Source: Auanema rhodensis
Lineage: Eukaryota > Animalia > Nematoda
Length of the DNA: 64,000 nt
Direction of reading: 5' to 3'
Assembly (NCBI GenBank): GCA_964057225.1
Contig: OZ059896.1
Span: 558,001-622,000, forward strand
Made by a program: the position numbers and the translations under genes. Under the pieces are notes generated by a model. That model worked only from the letters and a program-made list of their open reading frames with translations, had not been told where the DNA came from and made no database searches. Every line of letters starts with the position of its first letter. Position 1 is the first letter of the stretch. Shown here one piece after another: positions 48,401-64,000 of the stretch.

Positions 48401-51400
48401 ATTTAATTAGCATAAATTAAAGTTCACGTAAATTTCAAAGTCATGGTTACCATGCACCAATATCAATAAAAATTTGTTTTTAGACTAATATGGACATGGG
48501 GAATCTAATTTTGAAAACCGCATCTCTTTATCTTTCACGTGAAGCGAGTTACATACCAAGTGCACATCACGTGTACATTTAATTAGCATAAATTAAAGTT
48601 CACGTAAATTTCAAAGTCATGGTTACCATGCACCAATATCAATAAAAATTTGTTTTTAGACTAATATGGACATGGGGAATCTAATTTTGAAAACCGCATC
48701 TCTTCATCTTTCACGTGAAGCGAGTTACATACCAAGTGCACATCACGTGTACATTTAATTAGCATAAATTAAAGTTCACGTAAATTTCAAAGTCATGGTT
48801 ACCATGCACCAATATCAATAAAAATTTGTTTTTAGACTAATATGGACATGAGGAATCTAATTTTGAAAACCGCATCTCTTTATCTTTCACGTGAAGCGAG
48901 TTACATACCAAGTGCACATCACGTGTACATTTAATTAGCATAAATTAAAGTTCACGTAAATTTCAAAGTCACGGTTACCATGCACCAATATCAATAAAAA
49001 TTTGTTTTTAGACTAATATGGACATGGGGAATCTAATTTTGAAAACCGCATCTCTTTATCTTTCACGTGAAGCGAGTTACATACCAAGTGCACATCACGT
49101 GTACATTTAATTAGCATAAATTAAAGTTCACGTAAATTTCAAAGTCATGGTTACCATGCACCAATATCAATAAAAATTTGTTTTTAGACTAATATGGACA
49201 TGAGGAATCTAATTTTGAAAACCGCATCTCTTTATCTTTCACGTGAAGCGAGTTACATACCGAGTGCACATCACGCGTACATTTAATTAGCATAAATTAA
49301 AGTTCACGTAAATTTCAAAGTCATGGTTACCATGCACCAATATCAATAAAAATTTGTTTTTAGACTAATATGGACATGGGGAATCTAATTTTGAAAACCG
49401 CATCTCTTTATCTTTCACGTGAAGCGAGTTACATACCAAGTGCACATCACGTGTACATTTAATTAGCATAAATTAAAGTTCACGTAAATTTCAAAGTCAT
49501 GGTTACCATGAACCAATATCAATTAAAATTTGTTTTTAGACTAATATGGACATGGGCAATCTAATTTTGAAAACCGCATCTCTTTATCTTTCACGTGAAG
49601 CGAGTTACATACCAAGTGCACATCACGTGTACATTTAATTAGCATAAATTAAAGTTCACGTAAATTTCAAAGTCATGGTTACCATGCACCAATATCAATA
49701 AAAATTTGTTTTTAGACTAATATGGACATGGGGAATCTAATTTTGAAAACCGCATCTCTTCATCTTTCACGTGAAGCGAGTTACATACCAAGTGCACATC
49801 ACGTGTACATTTAATTAGCATAAATTAAAGTTCACGTAAATTTCAAAGTCATGGTTACCATGAACCAATATCAATTGAAGTTTGTTTTTAGACTAATATG
49901 GACATGGGCAATCTAATTTTGAAAACCGCATCTCTTTATCTTTCACGTGAAGCGAGTTACATACCAAGTGCACATCACGTGTACATTTAATTAGCATAAA
50001 TTAAAGTTCACGTAAATTTCAAAGTCATGGTTACCATGCACCAATACCAATAAAAATTTGTTTTTAGACTAATATGGACATGGGGAATCTAATTTTGAAA
50101 ACCGCATCTCTTTATCTTTCACGTGAAGCGAGTTACATACCAAGTGCACATCACGTGTACATTTAATTAGCATAAATTAAAGTTCACGTAAATTTCAAAG
50201 TCATGGTTACCATGAACCAATATCAATTAAAATTTGTTTTTAGACTAATATGGACATGGGCAATCTAATTTTGAAAACCGCATCTCTTTATCTTTCACGT
50301 GAAGCGAGTTACATACCAAGTGCACATCACGTGTACATTTAATTAGCATAAATTAAAGTTCACGTAAATTTCAAAGTCATGGTTACCATGCACCAATATC
50401 AATAAAAATTTGTTTTTAGACTAATATGGACATGGGGAATCTAATTTTGAAAACCGCATCTCTTTATCTTTCACGTGAAGCGAGTTACATACCAAGTGCA
50501 CATCACGTGTACATTTAATTAGCATAAATTAAAGTTCACGTAAATTTCAAAGTCATGGTTACCATGCACCAATATCAATAAAAATTTGTTTTTAGACTAA
50601 TATGGACATGGGGAATCTAATTTTGAAAACCGCATCTCTTCATCTTTCACGTGAAGCGAGTTACATACCAAGTGCACATCACGTGTACATTTAATTAGCA
50701 TAAATTAAAGTTCACGTAAATTTCAAAGTCATGGTTACCATGCACCAATATCAATAAAAATTTGTTTTTAGACTAATATGGACATGAGGAATCTAATTTT
50801 GAAAACCGCATCTCTTTATCTTTCACGTGAAGCGAGTTACATACCAAGTGCACATCACGTGTACATTTAATTAGCATAAATTAAAGTTCACGTAAATTTC
50901 AAAGTCACGGTTACCATGCACCAATATCAATAAAAATTTGTTTTTAGACTAATATGGACATGGGGAATCTAATTTTGAAAACCGCATCTCTTTATCTTTC
51001 ACGTGAAGCGAGTTACATACCAAGTGCACATCACGTGTACATTTAATTAGCATAAATTAAAGTTCACGTAAATTTCAAAGTCATGGTTACCATGCACCAA
51101 TATCAATAAAAATTTGTTTTTAGACTAATATGGACATGAGGAATCTAATTTTGAAAACCGCATCTCTTTATCTTTCACGTGAAGCGAGTTACATACCGAG
51201 TGCACATCACGCGTACATTTAATTAGCATAAATTAAAGTTCACGTAAATTTCAAAGTCATGGTTACCATGAACCAATATCAATGAAAATTTGTTTTTAGA
51301 CTAATATGGACATGGGTAATCTAATTTTGAAAACCGCATCTCTTTAACTTTCACGTGAAGCGAGTTACATACCAAGTGCACATCACGTGTACATTTAATT

Positions 51401-54400
51401 AGCATAAATTAAAGTTCACGTAAATTTCAAAGTCATGGTTACCATAAACCAATATCAATAAAAATTTGTTTTTAGACTAATATGGACATGGGGAATCTAA
51501 TTTTGAAAACCGCATCTCTTTATCTTTCACGTGAAGCGAGTTACATACCAAGTGCACATCACGTGTACATTTAATTAGCATAAATTAAAGTTCACGTAAA
51601 TTTCAAAGTCATGGTTACCATGAACCAATATCAATAAAAATTTGTTTTTAGACTAATATGGACATGGGGAATCTAATTTTGAAAACCGCATCTCTTCATC
51701 TTTCACGTGAAGCGAGTTACATACCAAGTGCACATCACGTGTACATTTAATTAGCATAAATTAAAGTCCACGTAAATTTCAAAGTCATGGTTACCATGCA
51801 CCAATATCAATAAAAATTTGTTTTTAGACTAATATGGACATGGGGAATCTAATTTTGAAAACCGCATCTCTTTATCTTTCACGTGAAGCGAGTTACATAC
51901 CAAGTGCACATCACGTGTACATTTAATTAGCATAAATTAAAGTTCACGTAAATTTCAAAGTCATGGTTACCATGCACCAATATCAATAAAAATTTGTTTT
52001 TAGACTAATATGGACATGGGGAATCTAATTTTGAAAACCGCATCTCTTTATCTTTCACGTGAAGCGAGTTACATACCAAGTGCACATCACGTGTACATTT
52101 AATTAGCATAAATTAAAGTTCACGTAAATTTCAAAGTCATGGTTACCATGCACCAATATCAATAAAAATTTGTTTTTAGACTAATATGGACATGGGGAAT
52201 CTAATTTTGAAAACCGCATCTCTTTATCTTTCACGTGAAGCGAGTTACATACCAAGTGCACATCACGTGTACATTTAATTAGCATAAATTAAAGTTCACG
52301 TAAATTTCAAAGTCATGGTTACCATGCACCAATATCAATAAAAATTTGTTTTTAGACTAATATGGACATGGGGAATCTAATTTTGAAAACCGCATCTCTT
52401 CATCTTTCACGTGAAGCGAGTTACATACCAAGTGCACATCACGTGTACATTTAATTAGCATAAATTAAAGTCCACGTAAATTTCAAAGTCATGGTTACCA
52501 TGCACCAATATCAATAAAAATTTGTTTTTAGACTAATATGGACATGGGGAATCTAATTTTGAAAACCGCATCTCTTTATCTTTCACGTGAAGCGAGTTAC
52601 ATACCAAGTGCACATCACGTGTACATTTAATTAGCATAAATTAAAGTTCACGTAAATTTCAAAGTCATGGTTACCATGTACCAATATCAATTAAAATTTG
52701 TTTTTAGACTAATATGGACATGGGCAATCTAATTTTGAAAACCGCATCTCTTTATCTTTCACGTGAAGCGAGTTACATACCAAGTGCACATCACGTGTAC
52801 ATTTAATTAGCATAAATTAAAGTTCACGTAAATTTCAAAGTCATGGTTACCATGCACCAATATCAATAAAAATTTGTTTTTAGACTAATATGGACATGGG
52901 GAATCTAATTTTGAAAACCGCATCTCTTTATCTTTCACGTGAAGCGAGTTACATACCAAGTGCACATCACGTGTACATTTAATTAGCATAAATTAAAGTT
53001 CACGTAAATTTCAAAGTCATGGTTACCATGCACCAATATCAATAAAAATTTGTTTTTAGACTAATATGGACATGGGGAATCTAATTTTGAAAACCGCATC
53101 TCTTTATCTTTCACGTGAAGCGAGTTACATACCAAGTGCACATCACGTGTACATTTAATTAGCATAAATTAAAGTTCACGTAAATTTCAAAGTCATGGTT
53201 ACCATGCACCAATATCAATAAAAATTAGTATTTAGACTAATATGGACATGGGGGATCTAATTTTGAAAACCGCATCTCTTTATCTTTCACGTGAAGCGAG
53301 TTACATACCAAGTGCACATCACGTGTACATTTAATTAGCATAAATTAAAGTTCACGTAAATTTCAAAGTCATGGTTACCATGAACCAATATCAATGAAAA
53401 TTTGTTTTTAGACTAATATGGACATGGGTAATCTAATTTTGAAAACCGCATCTCTTTAACTTTCACGTGAAGCGAGTTACATACCAAGTGCACATCACGT
53501 GTACATTTAATTAGCATAAATTAAAGTTCACGTAAATTTCAAAGTCATGGTTACCATAAACCAATATCAATAAAAATTTGTTTTTAGACTAATATGGACA
53601 TGGGGAATCTAATTTTGAAAACCGCATCTCTTTATCTTTCACGTGAAGCGAGTTACATACCAAGTGCACATCACGTGTACATTTAATTAGCATAAATTAA
53701 AGTTCACGTAAATTTCAAAGTCATGGTTACCATGAACCAATATCAATAAAAATTTGTTTTTAGACTAATATGGACATGGGGAATCTAATTTTGAAAACCG
53801 CATCTCTTCATCTTTCACGTGAAGCGAGTTACATACCAAGTGCACATCACGTGTACATTTAATTAGCATAAATTAAAGTCCACGTAAATTTCAAAGTCAT
53901 GGTTACCATGCACCAATATCAATAAAAATTTGTTTTTAGACTAATATGGACATGGGGAATCTAATTTTGAAAACCGCATCTCTTTATCTTTCACGTGAAG
54001 CGAGTTACATACCAAGTGCACATCACGTGTACATTTAATTAGCATAAATTAAAGTTCACGTAAATTTCAAAGTCATGGTTACCATGTACCAATATCAATT
54101 AAAATTTGTTTTTAGACTAATATGGACATGGGCAATCTAATTTTGAAAACCGCATCTCTTTATCTTTCACGTGAAGCGAGTTACATACCAAGTGCACATC
54201 ACGTGTACATTTAATTAGCATAAATTAAAGTTCACGTAAATTTCAAAGTCATGGTTACCATGCACCAATATCAATAAAAATTTGTTTTTAGACTAATATG
54301 GACATGGGGAATCTAATTTTGAAAACCGCATCTCTTTATCTTTCACGTGAAGCGAGTTACATACCAAGTGCACATCACGTGTACATTTAATTAGCATAAA

Positions 54401-57400
54401 TTAAAGTTCACGTAAATTTCAAAGTCATGGTTACCATGCACCAATATCAATAAAAATTTGTTTTTAGACTAATATGGACATGGGGAATCTAATTTTGAAA
54501 ACCGCATCTCTTTATCTTTCACGTGAAGCGAGTTACATACCAAGTGCACATCACGTGTACATTTAATTAGCATAAATTAAAGTTCACGTAAATTTCAAAG
54601 TCATGGTTACCATGCACCAATATCAATAAAAATTAGTATTTAGACTAATATGGACATGGGGGATCTAATTTTGAAAACCGCATCTCTTTATCTTTCACGT
54701 GAAGCGAGTTACATACCAAGTGCACATCACGTGTACATTTAATTAGCATAAATTAAAGTTCACGTAAATTTCAAAGTCATGGTTACCATGAACCAATATC
54801 AATGAAAATTTGTTTTTAGACTAATATGGACATGGGTAATCTAATTTTGAAAACCGCATCTCTTTAACTTTCACGTGAAGCGAGTTACATACCAAGTGCA
54901 CATCACGTGTACATTTAATTAGCATAAATTAAAGTTCACGTAAATTTCAAAGTCATGGTTACCATAAACCAATATCAATAAAAATTTGTTTTTAGACTAA
55001 TATGGACATGGGGAATCTAATTTTGAAAACCGCATCTCTTTATCTTTCACGTGAAGCGAGTTACATACCAAGTGCACATCACGTGTACATTTAATTAGCA
55101 TAAATTAAAGTTCACGTAAATTTCAAAGTCATGGTTACCATGAACCAATATCAATTAAAATTTGTTTTTAGACTAATATGGACATGGGCAATCTAATTTT
55201 GAAAACCGCATCTCTTTATCTTTCACGTGAAGCGAGTTACATACCAAGTGCACATCACGTGTACATTTAATTAGCATAAATTAAAGTTCACGTAAATTTC
55301 AAAGTCATGGTTACCATGCACCAATATCAATAAAAATTTGTTTTTAGACTAATATGGACATGGGGAATCTAATTTTGAAAACCGCATCTCTTTATCTTTC
55401 ACGTGAAGCGAGTTACATACCAAGTGCACATCACGTGTACATTTAATTAGCATAAATTAAAGTTCACGTAAATTTCAAAGTCATGGTTACCATGCACCAA
55501 TATCAATAAAAATTTGTTTTTAGACTAATATGGACATGGGGAATCTAATTTTGAAAACCGCATCTCTTTATCTTTCACGTGAAGCGAGTTACTTACCAAG
55601 TGCACATCACGTGTACATTTAATTAGCATAAATTAAAGTTCACGTAAATTTCAAAGTCATGGTTACCATGCACCAATATCAATAAAAATTAGTATTTAGA
55701 CTAATATGGACATGGGGGATCTAATTTTGAAAACCGCATCTCTTTATCTTTCACGTGAAGCGAGTTACATACCAAGTGCACATCACGTGTACATTTAATT
55801 AGCATAAATTAAAGTTCACGTAAATTTCAAAGTCATGGTTACCATGAACCAATATCAATGAAAATTTGTTTTTAGACTAATATGGACATGGGTAATCTAA
55901 TTTTGAAAACCGCATCTCTTTAACTTTCACGTGAAGCGAGTTACATACCAAGTGCACATCACGTGTACATTTAATTAGCATAAATTAAAGTTCACGTAAA
56001 TTTCAAAGTCATGGTTACCATGAACCAATATCAATAAAAATTTGTTTTTAGACTAATATGGACATGGGGAATCTAATTTTGAAAACCGCATCTCTTTATC
56101 TTTCACGTGAAGCGAGTTACATACCAAGTGCACATCACGTGTACATTTAATTAGCATAAATTAAAGTTCACGTAAATTTCAAAGTCATGGTTACCATGCA
56201 CCAATATCAATAAAAATTTGTTTTTAGACTAATATGGACATGGGGAATCTAATTTTGAAAACCGCATCTCTTCATCTTTCACGTGAAGCGAGTTACATAC
56301 CAAGTGCACATCACGTGTACATTTAATTAGCATAAATTAAAGTTCACGTAAATTTCAAAGTCATGGTTACCATGCACCAATATCAATAAAAATTTGTTTT
56401 TAGACTAATATGGACATGGGGAATCTAATTTTGAAAACCGCATCTCTTTATCTTTCACGTGAAGCGAGTTACATACCAAGTGCACATCACGTGTACATTT
56501 AATTAGCATAAATTAAAGTTCACGTAAATTTCAAAGTCATGGTTACCATGAACCAATATCAATTAAAATTTGTTTTTAGACTAATATGGACATGGGCAAT
56601 CTAATTTTGAAAACCGCATCTCTTTATCTTTCACGTGAAGCGAGTTACATACCAAGTGCACATCACGTGTACATTTAATTAGCATAAATTAAAGTTCACG
56701 TAAATTTCAAAGTCATGGTTACCATGCACCAATATCAATAAAAATTTGTTTTTAGACTAACATGGACATGGGGAATCTAATTTTGAAAACCGCATCTCTT
56801 TATCTTTCACGTGAAGCGAGTTACATACCAAGTGCACATCACGTGTACATTTAATTAGCATAAATTAAAGTTCACGTAAATTTCAAAGTCATGGTTACCA
56901 TGCACCAATATCAATAAAAATTTGTTTTTAGACTAATATGGACATGGGGAATCTAATTTTGAAAACCGCATCTCTTTATCTTTCACGTGAAGCGAGTTAC
57001 TTACCAAGTGCACATCACGTGTACATTTAATTAGCATAAATTAAAGTTCACGTAAATTTCAAAGTCATGGTTACCATGCACCAATATCAATAAAAATTAG
57101 TATTTAGACTAATATGGACATGGGGGATCTAATTTTGAAAACCGCATCTCTTTATCTTTCACGTGAAGCGAGTTACATACCAAGTGCACATCACGTGTAC
57201 ATTTAATTAGCATAAATTAAAGTTCACGTAAATTTCAAAGTCATGGTTACCATGAACCAATATCAATTAAAATTTGTTTTTGACTAATATGGACATGGGT
57301 AATCTAATTTTGAAAACCGCATCTCTTTAACTTTCACGTGAAGCGAGTTACATACCAAGTGCACATCACGTGTACATTTAATTAGCATAAATTAAAGTTC

Positions 57401-60400
57401 ACGTAAATTTCAAAGTCATGGTTACCATGAACCAATATCAATAAAAATTTGTTTTTAGACTAATATGGACATGGGGAATCTAATTTTGAAAACCGCATCT
57501 CTTTATCTTTCACGTGAAGCGAGTTACATACCAAGTGCACATCACGTGTACATTTAATTAGCATAAATTAAAGTTCACGTAAATTTCAAAGTCATGGTTA
57601 CCATGCACCAATATCAATAAAAATTTGTTTTTAGACTAATATGGACATGGGGAATCTAATTTTGAAAACCGCATCTCTTCATCTTTCACGTGAAGCGAGT
57701 TACATACCAAGTGCACATCACGTGTACATTTAATTAGCATAAATTAAAGTTCACGTAAATTTCAAAGTCATGGTTACCATGCACCAATATCAATAAAAAT
57801 TTGTTTTTAGACTAATATGGACATGGGGAATCTAATTTTGAAAACCGCATCTCTTTATCTTTCACGTGAAGCGAGTTACATACCAAGTGCACATCACGTG
57901 TACATTTAATTAGCATAAATTAAAGTTCACGTAAATTTCAAAGTCATGGTTACCATGAACCAATATCAATTAAAATTTGTTTTTAGACTAATATGGACAT
58001 GGGCAATCTAATTTTGAAAACCGCATCTCTTTATCTTTCACGTGAAGCGAGTTACATACCAAGTGCACATCACGTGTACATTTAATTAGCATAAATTAAA
58101 GTTCACGTAAATTTCAAAGTCATGGTTACCATGCACCAATATCAATAAAAATTTGTTTTTAGACTAATATGGACATGGGGAATCTAATTTTGAAAACCGC
58201 ATCTCTTTATCTTTCACGTGAAGCGAGTTACATACCAAGTGCACATCACGTGTACATTTAATTAGCATAAATTAAAGTTCACGTAAATTTCAAAGTCATG
58301 GTTACCATGCACCAATATCAATAAAAATTTGTTTTTAGACTAATATGGACATGGGGAATCTAATTTTGAAAACCGCATCTCTTCATCTTTCACGTGAAGC
58401 GAGTTACATACCAAGTGCACATCACGTGTACATTTAATTAGCATAAATTAAAGTTCACGTAAATTTCAAAGTCATGGTTACCATGCACCAATATCAATAA
58501 AAATTTGTTTTTAGACTAATATGGACATGGGGAATCTAATTTTGAAAACCGCATCTCTTCATCTTTCACGTGAAGCGAGTTACATACCAAGTGCACATCA
58601 CGTGTACATTTAATTAGCATAAATTAAAGTTCACGTAAATTTCAAAGTCATGGTTACCATGCACCAATATCAATAAAAATTTGTTTTTAGACTAATATGG
58701 ACATGGGGAATCTAATTTTGAAAACCGCATCTCTTTATCTTTCACGTGAAGCGAGTTACATACCAAGTGCACATCACGTGTACATTTAATTAGCATAAAT
58801 TAAAGTTCACGTAAATTTCAAAGTCATGGTTACCATGAACCAATATCAATGAAAATTTGTTTTTAGACTAATATGGACATGGGGAATCTAATTTTGAAAA
58901 CCGCATCTCTTTATCTTTCACGTGAAGCGAGTTACTTACCAAGTGCACATCACGTGTACATTTAATTAGCATAAATTAAAGTTCACGTAAATTTCAAAGT
59001 CATGGTTACCATGAACCAATATCAATTAAAATTTGTTTTTAGACTAATATGGACATGGGCAATCTAATTTTGAAAACCGCATCTCTTTATCTTTCACGTG
59101 AAGCGAGTTACATACCAAGTGCACATCACGTGTACATTTAATTAGCATAAATTAAAGTTCACGTAAATTTCAAAGTCATGGTTACCATGCACCAATATCA
59201 ATAAAAATTTGTTTTTAGACTAATATGGACATGGGGAATCTAATTGTGAAAACCGCATCTCTTTATCTTTCACGTGAAGCGAGTTACATACCAAGTGCAC
59301 ATCACGTGTACATTTAATTAGCATAAATTAAAGTTCACGTAAATTTCAAAGTCATGGTTACCATGCACCAATATCAATAAAAATTTGTTTTTAGACTAAT
59401 ATGGACATGGGGAATCTAATTTTGAAAACCGCATCTCTTTATCTTTCACGTGAAGCGAGTTACTTACCAAGTGCACATCACGTGTACATTTAATTAGCAT
59501 AAATTAAAGTTCACGTAAATTTCAAAGTCATGGTTACCATGCACCAATATCAATAAAAATTAGTATTTAGACTAATATGGACATGGGGGATCTAATTTTG
59601 AAAACCGCATCTCTTTATCTTTCACGTGAAGCGAGTTACATACCAAGTGCACATCACGTGTACATTTAATTAGCATAAATTAAAGTTCACGTAAATTTCA
59701 AAGTCATGGTTACCATGAACCAATATCAATAAAAATTTGTTTTTAGACTAATATGGACATGGGTAATCTAATTTTGAAAACCGCATCTCTTTAACTTTCA
59801 CGTGAAGCGAGTTACATACCAAGTGCACATCACGTGTACATTTAATTAGCATTAATTAAAGTTCACGTAAATTTCAAAGTCATGGTTACCATGAACCAAT
59901 ATCAATAAAAATTTGTTTTTAGACTAATATGGACATGGGGAATCTAATTTTGAAAACCGCATCTCTTTATCTTTCACGTGAAGCGAGTTACATACCAAGT
60001 GCACATCACGTGTACATTTAATTAGCATAAATTAAAGTTCACGTAAATTTCAAAGTCATGGTTACCATGCACCAATATCAATAAAAATTTGTTTTTAGAC
60101 TAATATGGACATGGGGAATCTAATTTTGAAAACCGCATCTCTTCATCTTTCACGTGAAGCGAGTTACATACCAAGTGCACATCACGTGTACATTTAATTA
60201 GCATAAATTAAAGTTCACGTAAATTTCAAAGTCATGGTTACCATGCACCAATATCAATAAAAATTTGTTTTTAGACTAATATGGACATGGGGAATCTAAT
60301 TTTGAAAACCGCATCTCTTTATCTTTCACGTGAAGCGAGTTACATACCAAGTGCACATCACGTGTACATTTAATTAGCATAAATTAAAGTTCACGTAAAT

Positions 60401-63400
60401 TTCAAAGTCATGGTTACCATGAACCAATATCAATTAAAATTTGTTTTTAGACTAATATGGACATGGGCAATCTAATTTTGAAAACCGCATCTCTTTATCT
60501 TTCACGTGAAGCGAGTTACATACCAAGTGCACATCACGTGTACATTTAATTAGCATAAATTAAAGTTCACGTAAATTTCAAAGTCATGGTTACCATGCAC
60601 CAATATCAATAAAAATTTGTTTTTAGACTAATATGGACATGGGGAATCTAATTTTGAAAACCGCATCTCTTCATCTTTCACGTGAAGCGAGTTACATACC
60701 AAGTGCACATCACGTGTACATTTAATTAGCATAAATTAAAGTTCACGTAAATTTCAAAGTCATGGTTACCATGCACCAATATCAATAAAAATTTGTTTTT
60801 AGACTAATATGGACATGGGGAATCTAATTTTGAAAACCGCATCTCTTCATCTTTCACGTGAAGCGAGTTACATACCAAGTGCACATCACGTGTACATTTA
60901 ATTAGCATAAATTAAAGTTCACGTAAATTTCAAAGTCATGGTTACCATGCACCAATATCAATAAAAATTTGTTTTTAGACTAATATGGACATGGGGAATC
61001 TAATTTTGAAAACCGCATCTCTTTATCTTTCACGTGAAGCGAGTTACATACCAAGTGCACATCACGTGTACATTTAATTAGCATAAATTAAAGTTCACGT
61101 AAATTTCAAAGTCATGGTTACCATGCACCAATATCAATAAAAATTTGTTTTTAGACTAATATGGACATGGGGAATCTAATTTTGAAAACCGCATCTCTTC
61201 ATCTTTCACGTGAAGCGAGTTACATACCAAGTGCACATCACGTGTACATTTAATAAGCATAAATTAAAGTTCACGTAAATTTCAAAGTCATGGTTACCAT
61301 GCACCAATATCAATAAAAATTTGTTTTTAGACTAATATGGACATGGGGAATCTAATTTTGAAAACCGCATCTCTTTATCTTTCACGTGAAGCGAGTTACA
61401 TACCAAGTGCACATCACGTGTACATTTAATTAGCATAAATTAAAGTTCACGTAAATTTCAAAGTCATGGTTACCATGAACCAATATCAATTAAAATTTGT
61501 TTTTAGACTAATATGGACATGGGCAATCTAATTTTGAAAACCGCATCTCTTTATCTTTCACGTGAAGCGAGTTACATACCAAGTGCACATCACGTGTACA
61601 TTTAATTAGCATAAATTAAAGTTCACGTAAATTTCAAAGTCATGGTTACCATGCACCAATATCAATAAAAATTTGTTTTTAGACTAATATGGACATGGGG
61701 AATCTAATTTTGAAAACCGCATCTCTTTATCTTTCACGTGAAGCGAGTTACATACCAAGTGCACATCACGTGTACATTTAATTAGCATAAATTAAAGTTC
61801 ACGTAAATTTCAAAGTCATGGTTACCATGCACCAATATCAATAAAAATTTGTTTTTAGACTAATATGGACATGGGGAATCTAATTTTGAAAACCGCATCT
61901 CTTCATCTTTCACGTGAAGCGAGTTACATACCAAGTGCACATCACGTGTACATTTAATTAGCATAAATTAAAGTTCACGTAAATTTCAAAGTCATGGTTA
62001 CCATGCACCAATATCAATAAAAATTTGTTTTTAGACTAATATGGACATGGGGAATCTAATTTTGAAAACCGCATCTCTTTATCTTTCACGTGAAGCGAGT
62101 TACATACCAAGTGCACATCACGTGTACATTTAATTAGCATAAATTAAAGTTCACGTAAATTTCAAAGTCATGGTTACCATGCACCAATATCAATAAAAAT
62201 TTGTTTTTAGACTAATATGGACATGGGGAATCTAATTTTGAAAACCGCATCTCTTTATCTTTCACGTGAAGCGAGTTACATACCAAGTGCACATCACGTG
62301 TACATTTAATTAGCATAAATTAAAGTTCACGTAAATTTCAAAGTCATGGTTACCATGCACCAATATCAATAAAAATTTGTTTTTAGACTAATATGGACAT
62401 GGGGAATCTAATTTTGAAAACCGCATCTCTTTATCTTTCACGTGAAGCGAGTTACATACCAAGTGCACAACACGTGTACATTTAATTAGCATAAATTAAA
62501 GTTCACGTAAATTTCAAAGTCATGGTTACCATGCACCAATATCAATAAAAATTTGTTTTTAGACTAATATGGACATGGGGAATCTAATTTTGAAAACCGC
62601 ATCTCTTTATCTTTCACGTGAAGCGAGTTACATACCAAGTGCACATCACGTGTACATTTAATTAGCATAAATTAAAGTTCACGTAAATTTCAAAGTCATG
62701 GTTACCATGCACCAATATCAATAAAAATTAGTATTTAGACTAATATGGACATGGGGGATCTAATTTTGAAAACCGCATCTCTTTATCTTTCACGTGAAGC
62801 GAGTTACATACCAAGTGCACATCACGTGTACATTTAATTAGCATAAATTAAAGTTCACGTAAATTTCAAAGTCATGGTTACCATGAACCAATATCAATAA
62901 AAATTTGTTTTTAGACTAATATGGACATGGGGAATCTAATTTTGAAAACCGCATCTCTTTATCTTTCACGTGAAGCGAGTTACATACCAAGTGCACATCA
63001 CGTGTACATTTAATTAGCATAAATTAAAGTTCACGTAAATTTCAAAGTCATGGTTACCATGAACCAATATCAATAAAAATTTGTTTTTAGACTAATATGG
63101 ACATGGGGAATCTAATTTTGAAAACCGCATCTCTTTATCTTTCACGTGAAGCGAGTTACATACCAAGTGCACATCACGTGTACATTTAATTAGCATAAAT
63201 TAAAGTTCACGTAAATTTCAAAGTCATGGTTACCATGCACCAATATCAATAAAAATTTGTTTTTAGACTAATATGGACATGGGGAATCTAATTTTGAAAA
63301 CCGCATCTCTTCATCTTTCACGTGAAGCGAGTTACATACCAAGTGCACATCACGTGTACATTTAATTAGCATAAATTAAAGTTCACGTAAATTTCAAAGT

Positions 63401-64000
63401 CATGGTTACCATGAACCAATATCAATTAAAGTTTGTTTTTAGACTAATATGGACATGGGCAATCTAATTTTGAAAACCGCATCTCTTTATCTTTCACGTG
63501 AAGCGAGTTACATACCAAGTGCACATCACGTGTACATTTAATTAGCATAAATTAAAGTTCACGTAAATTTCAAAGTCATGGTTACCATGAACCAATATCA
63601 ATAAAAATTTGTTTTTAGAATAATATGGACATGGGTAATCTAATTTTGAAAACCGCATCTCTTTAACTTTCACGTGAAGCGAGTTACATACCAAGTGCAC
63701 ATCACGTGTACATTTAATTAGCATAAATTAAAGTTCACGTAAATTTCAAAGTCATGGTTACCATGAACCAATATCAATAAAAATTTGTTTTTAGACTAAT
63801 ATGGACATGGGGAATCTAATTTTGAAAACCGCATCTCTTTATCTTTCACGTGAAGCGAGTTACATACCAAGTGCACATCACGTGTACATTTAATTAGCAT
63901 AAATTAAAGTTCACGTAAATTTCAAAGTCATGGTTACCATGCACCAATATCAATAAAAATTTGTTTTTAGACTAATATGGACATGGGGAATCTAATTTTG
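30392..64000. repeat. 176-bp satellite DNA tandem array (right arm, ~191 monomers, runs off the window end)
   Basis: Same monomer and orientation as the left arm. Only two phase shifts were noticed: +2 at ~45960 and -1 at ~57281. Confidence 0.99.
30436..30460 (-). mobile_element. Isolated CR1 3'-tail stub (ATTT)6C at the same satellite position as the full-length element
   Basis: GCATAAATT-(ATTT)6-CA mirrors the left junction GCATAAATT-(ATTT)4-CAGTTC. The satellite resumes as AATTAAAG. Confidence 0.75.

Overview
Eukaryotic genomic DNA, most likely from a rhabditid nematode (C. elegans-like 18S termini TACTTGATTGATTCTGTCAG and GGATCATCG, and C. elegans-like 5.8S and 28S). About 70% of the window is a very homogeneous, palindrome-rich 176-bp satellite (1-11033 and 30392-64000). 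A ~19.4-kb composite insertion interrupts it. On the left is a full-length, two-ORF CR1-clade LINE on the minus strand (11034-~15613). It is joined through templated-insertion scars to one circularly permuted, internally deleted rDNA unit (15644-30384) with a 49-bp terminal redundancy. The 28S gene of that unit carries an intact 7.4-kb R4-clade site-specific retrotransposon (19890-27298, 12-bp TSD). The element's ~3.3-kb 5' leader holds an HDV-like ribozyme, three structured modules carrying sense copies of universally conserved rRNA segments, and a 214-bp tandem array of tetraloop hairpins. The rDNA intergenic spacer is built from eight copies of the mature 18S 5' terminus, seven of them antisense, each starting at 18S nucleotide 1. 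All calls were made by eye from the sequence; no searches or folding programs were run.
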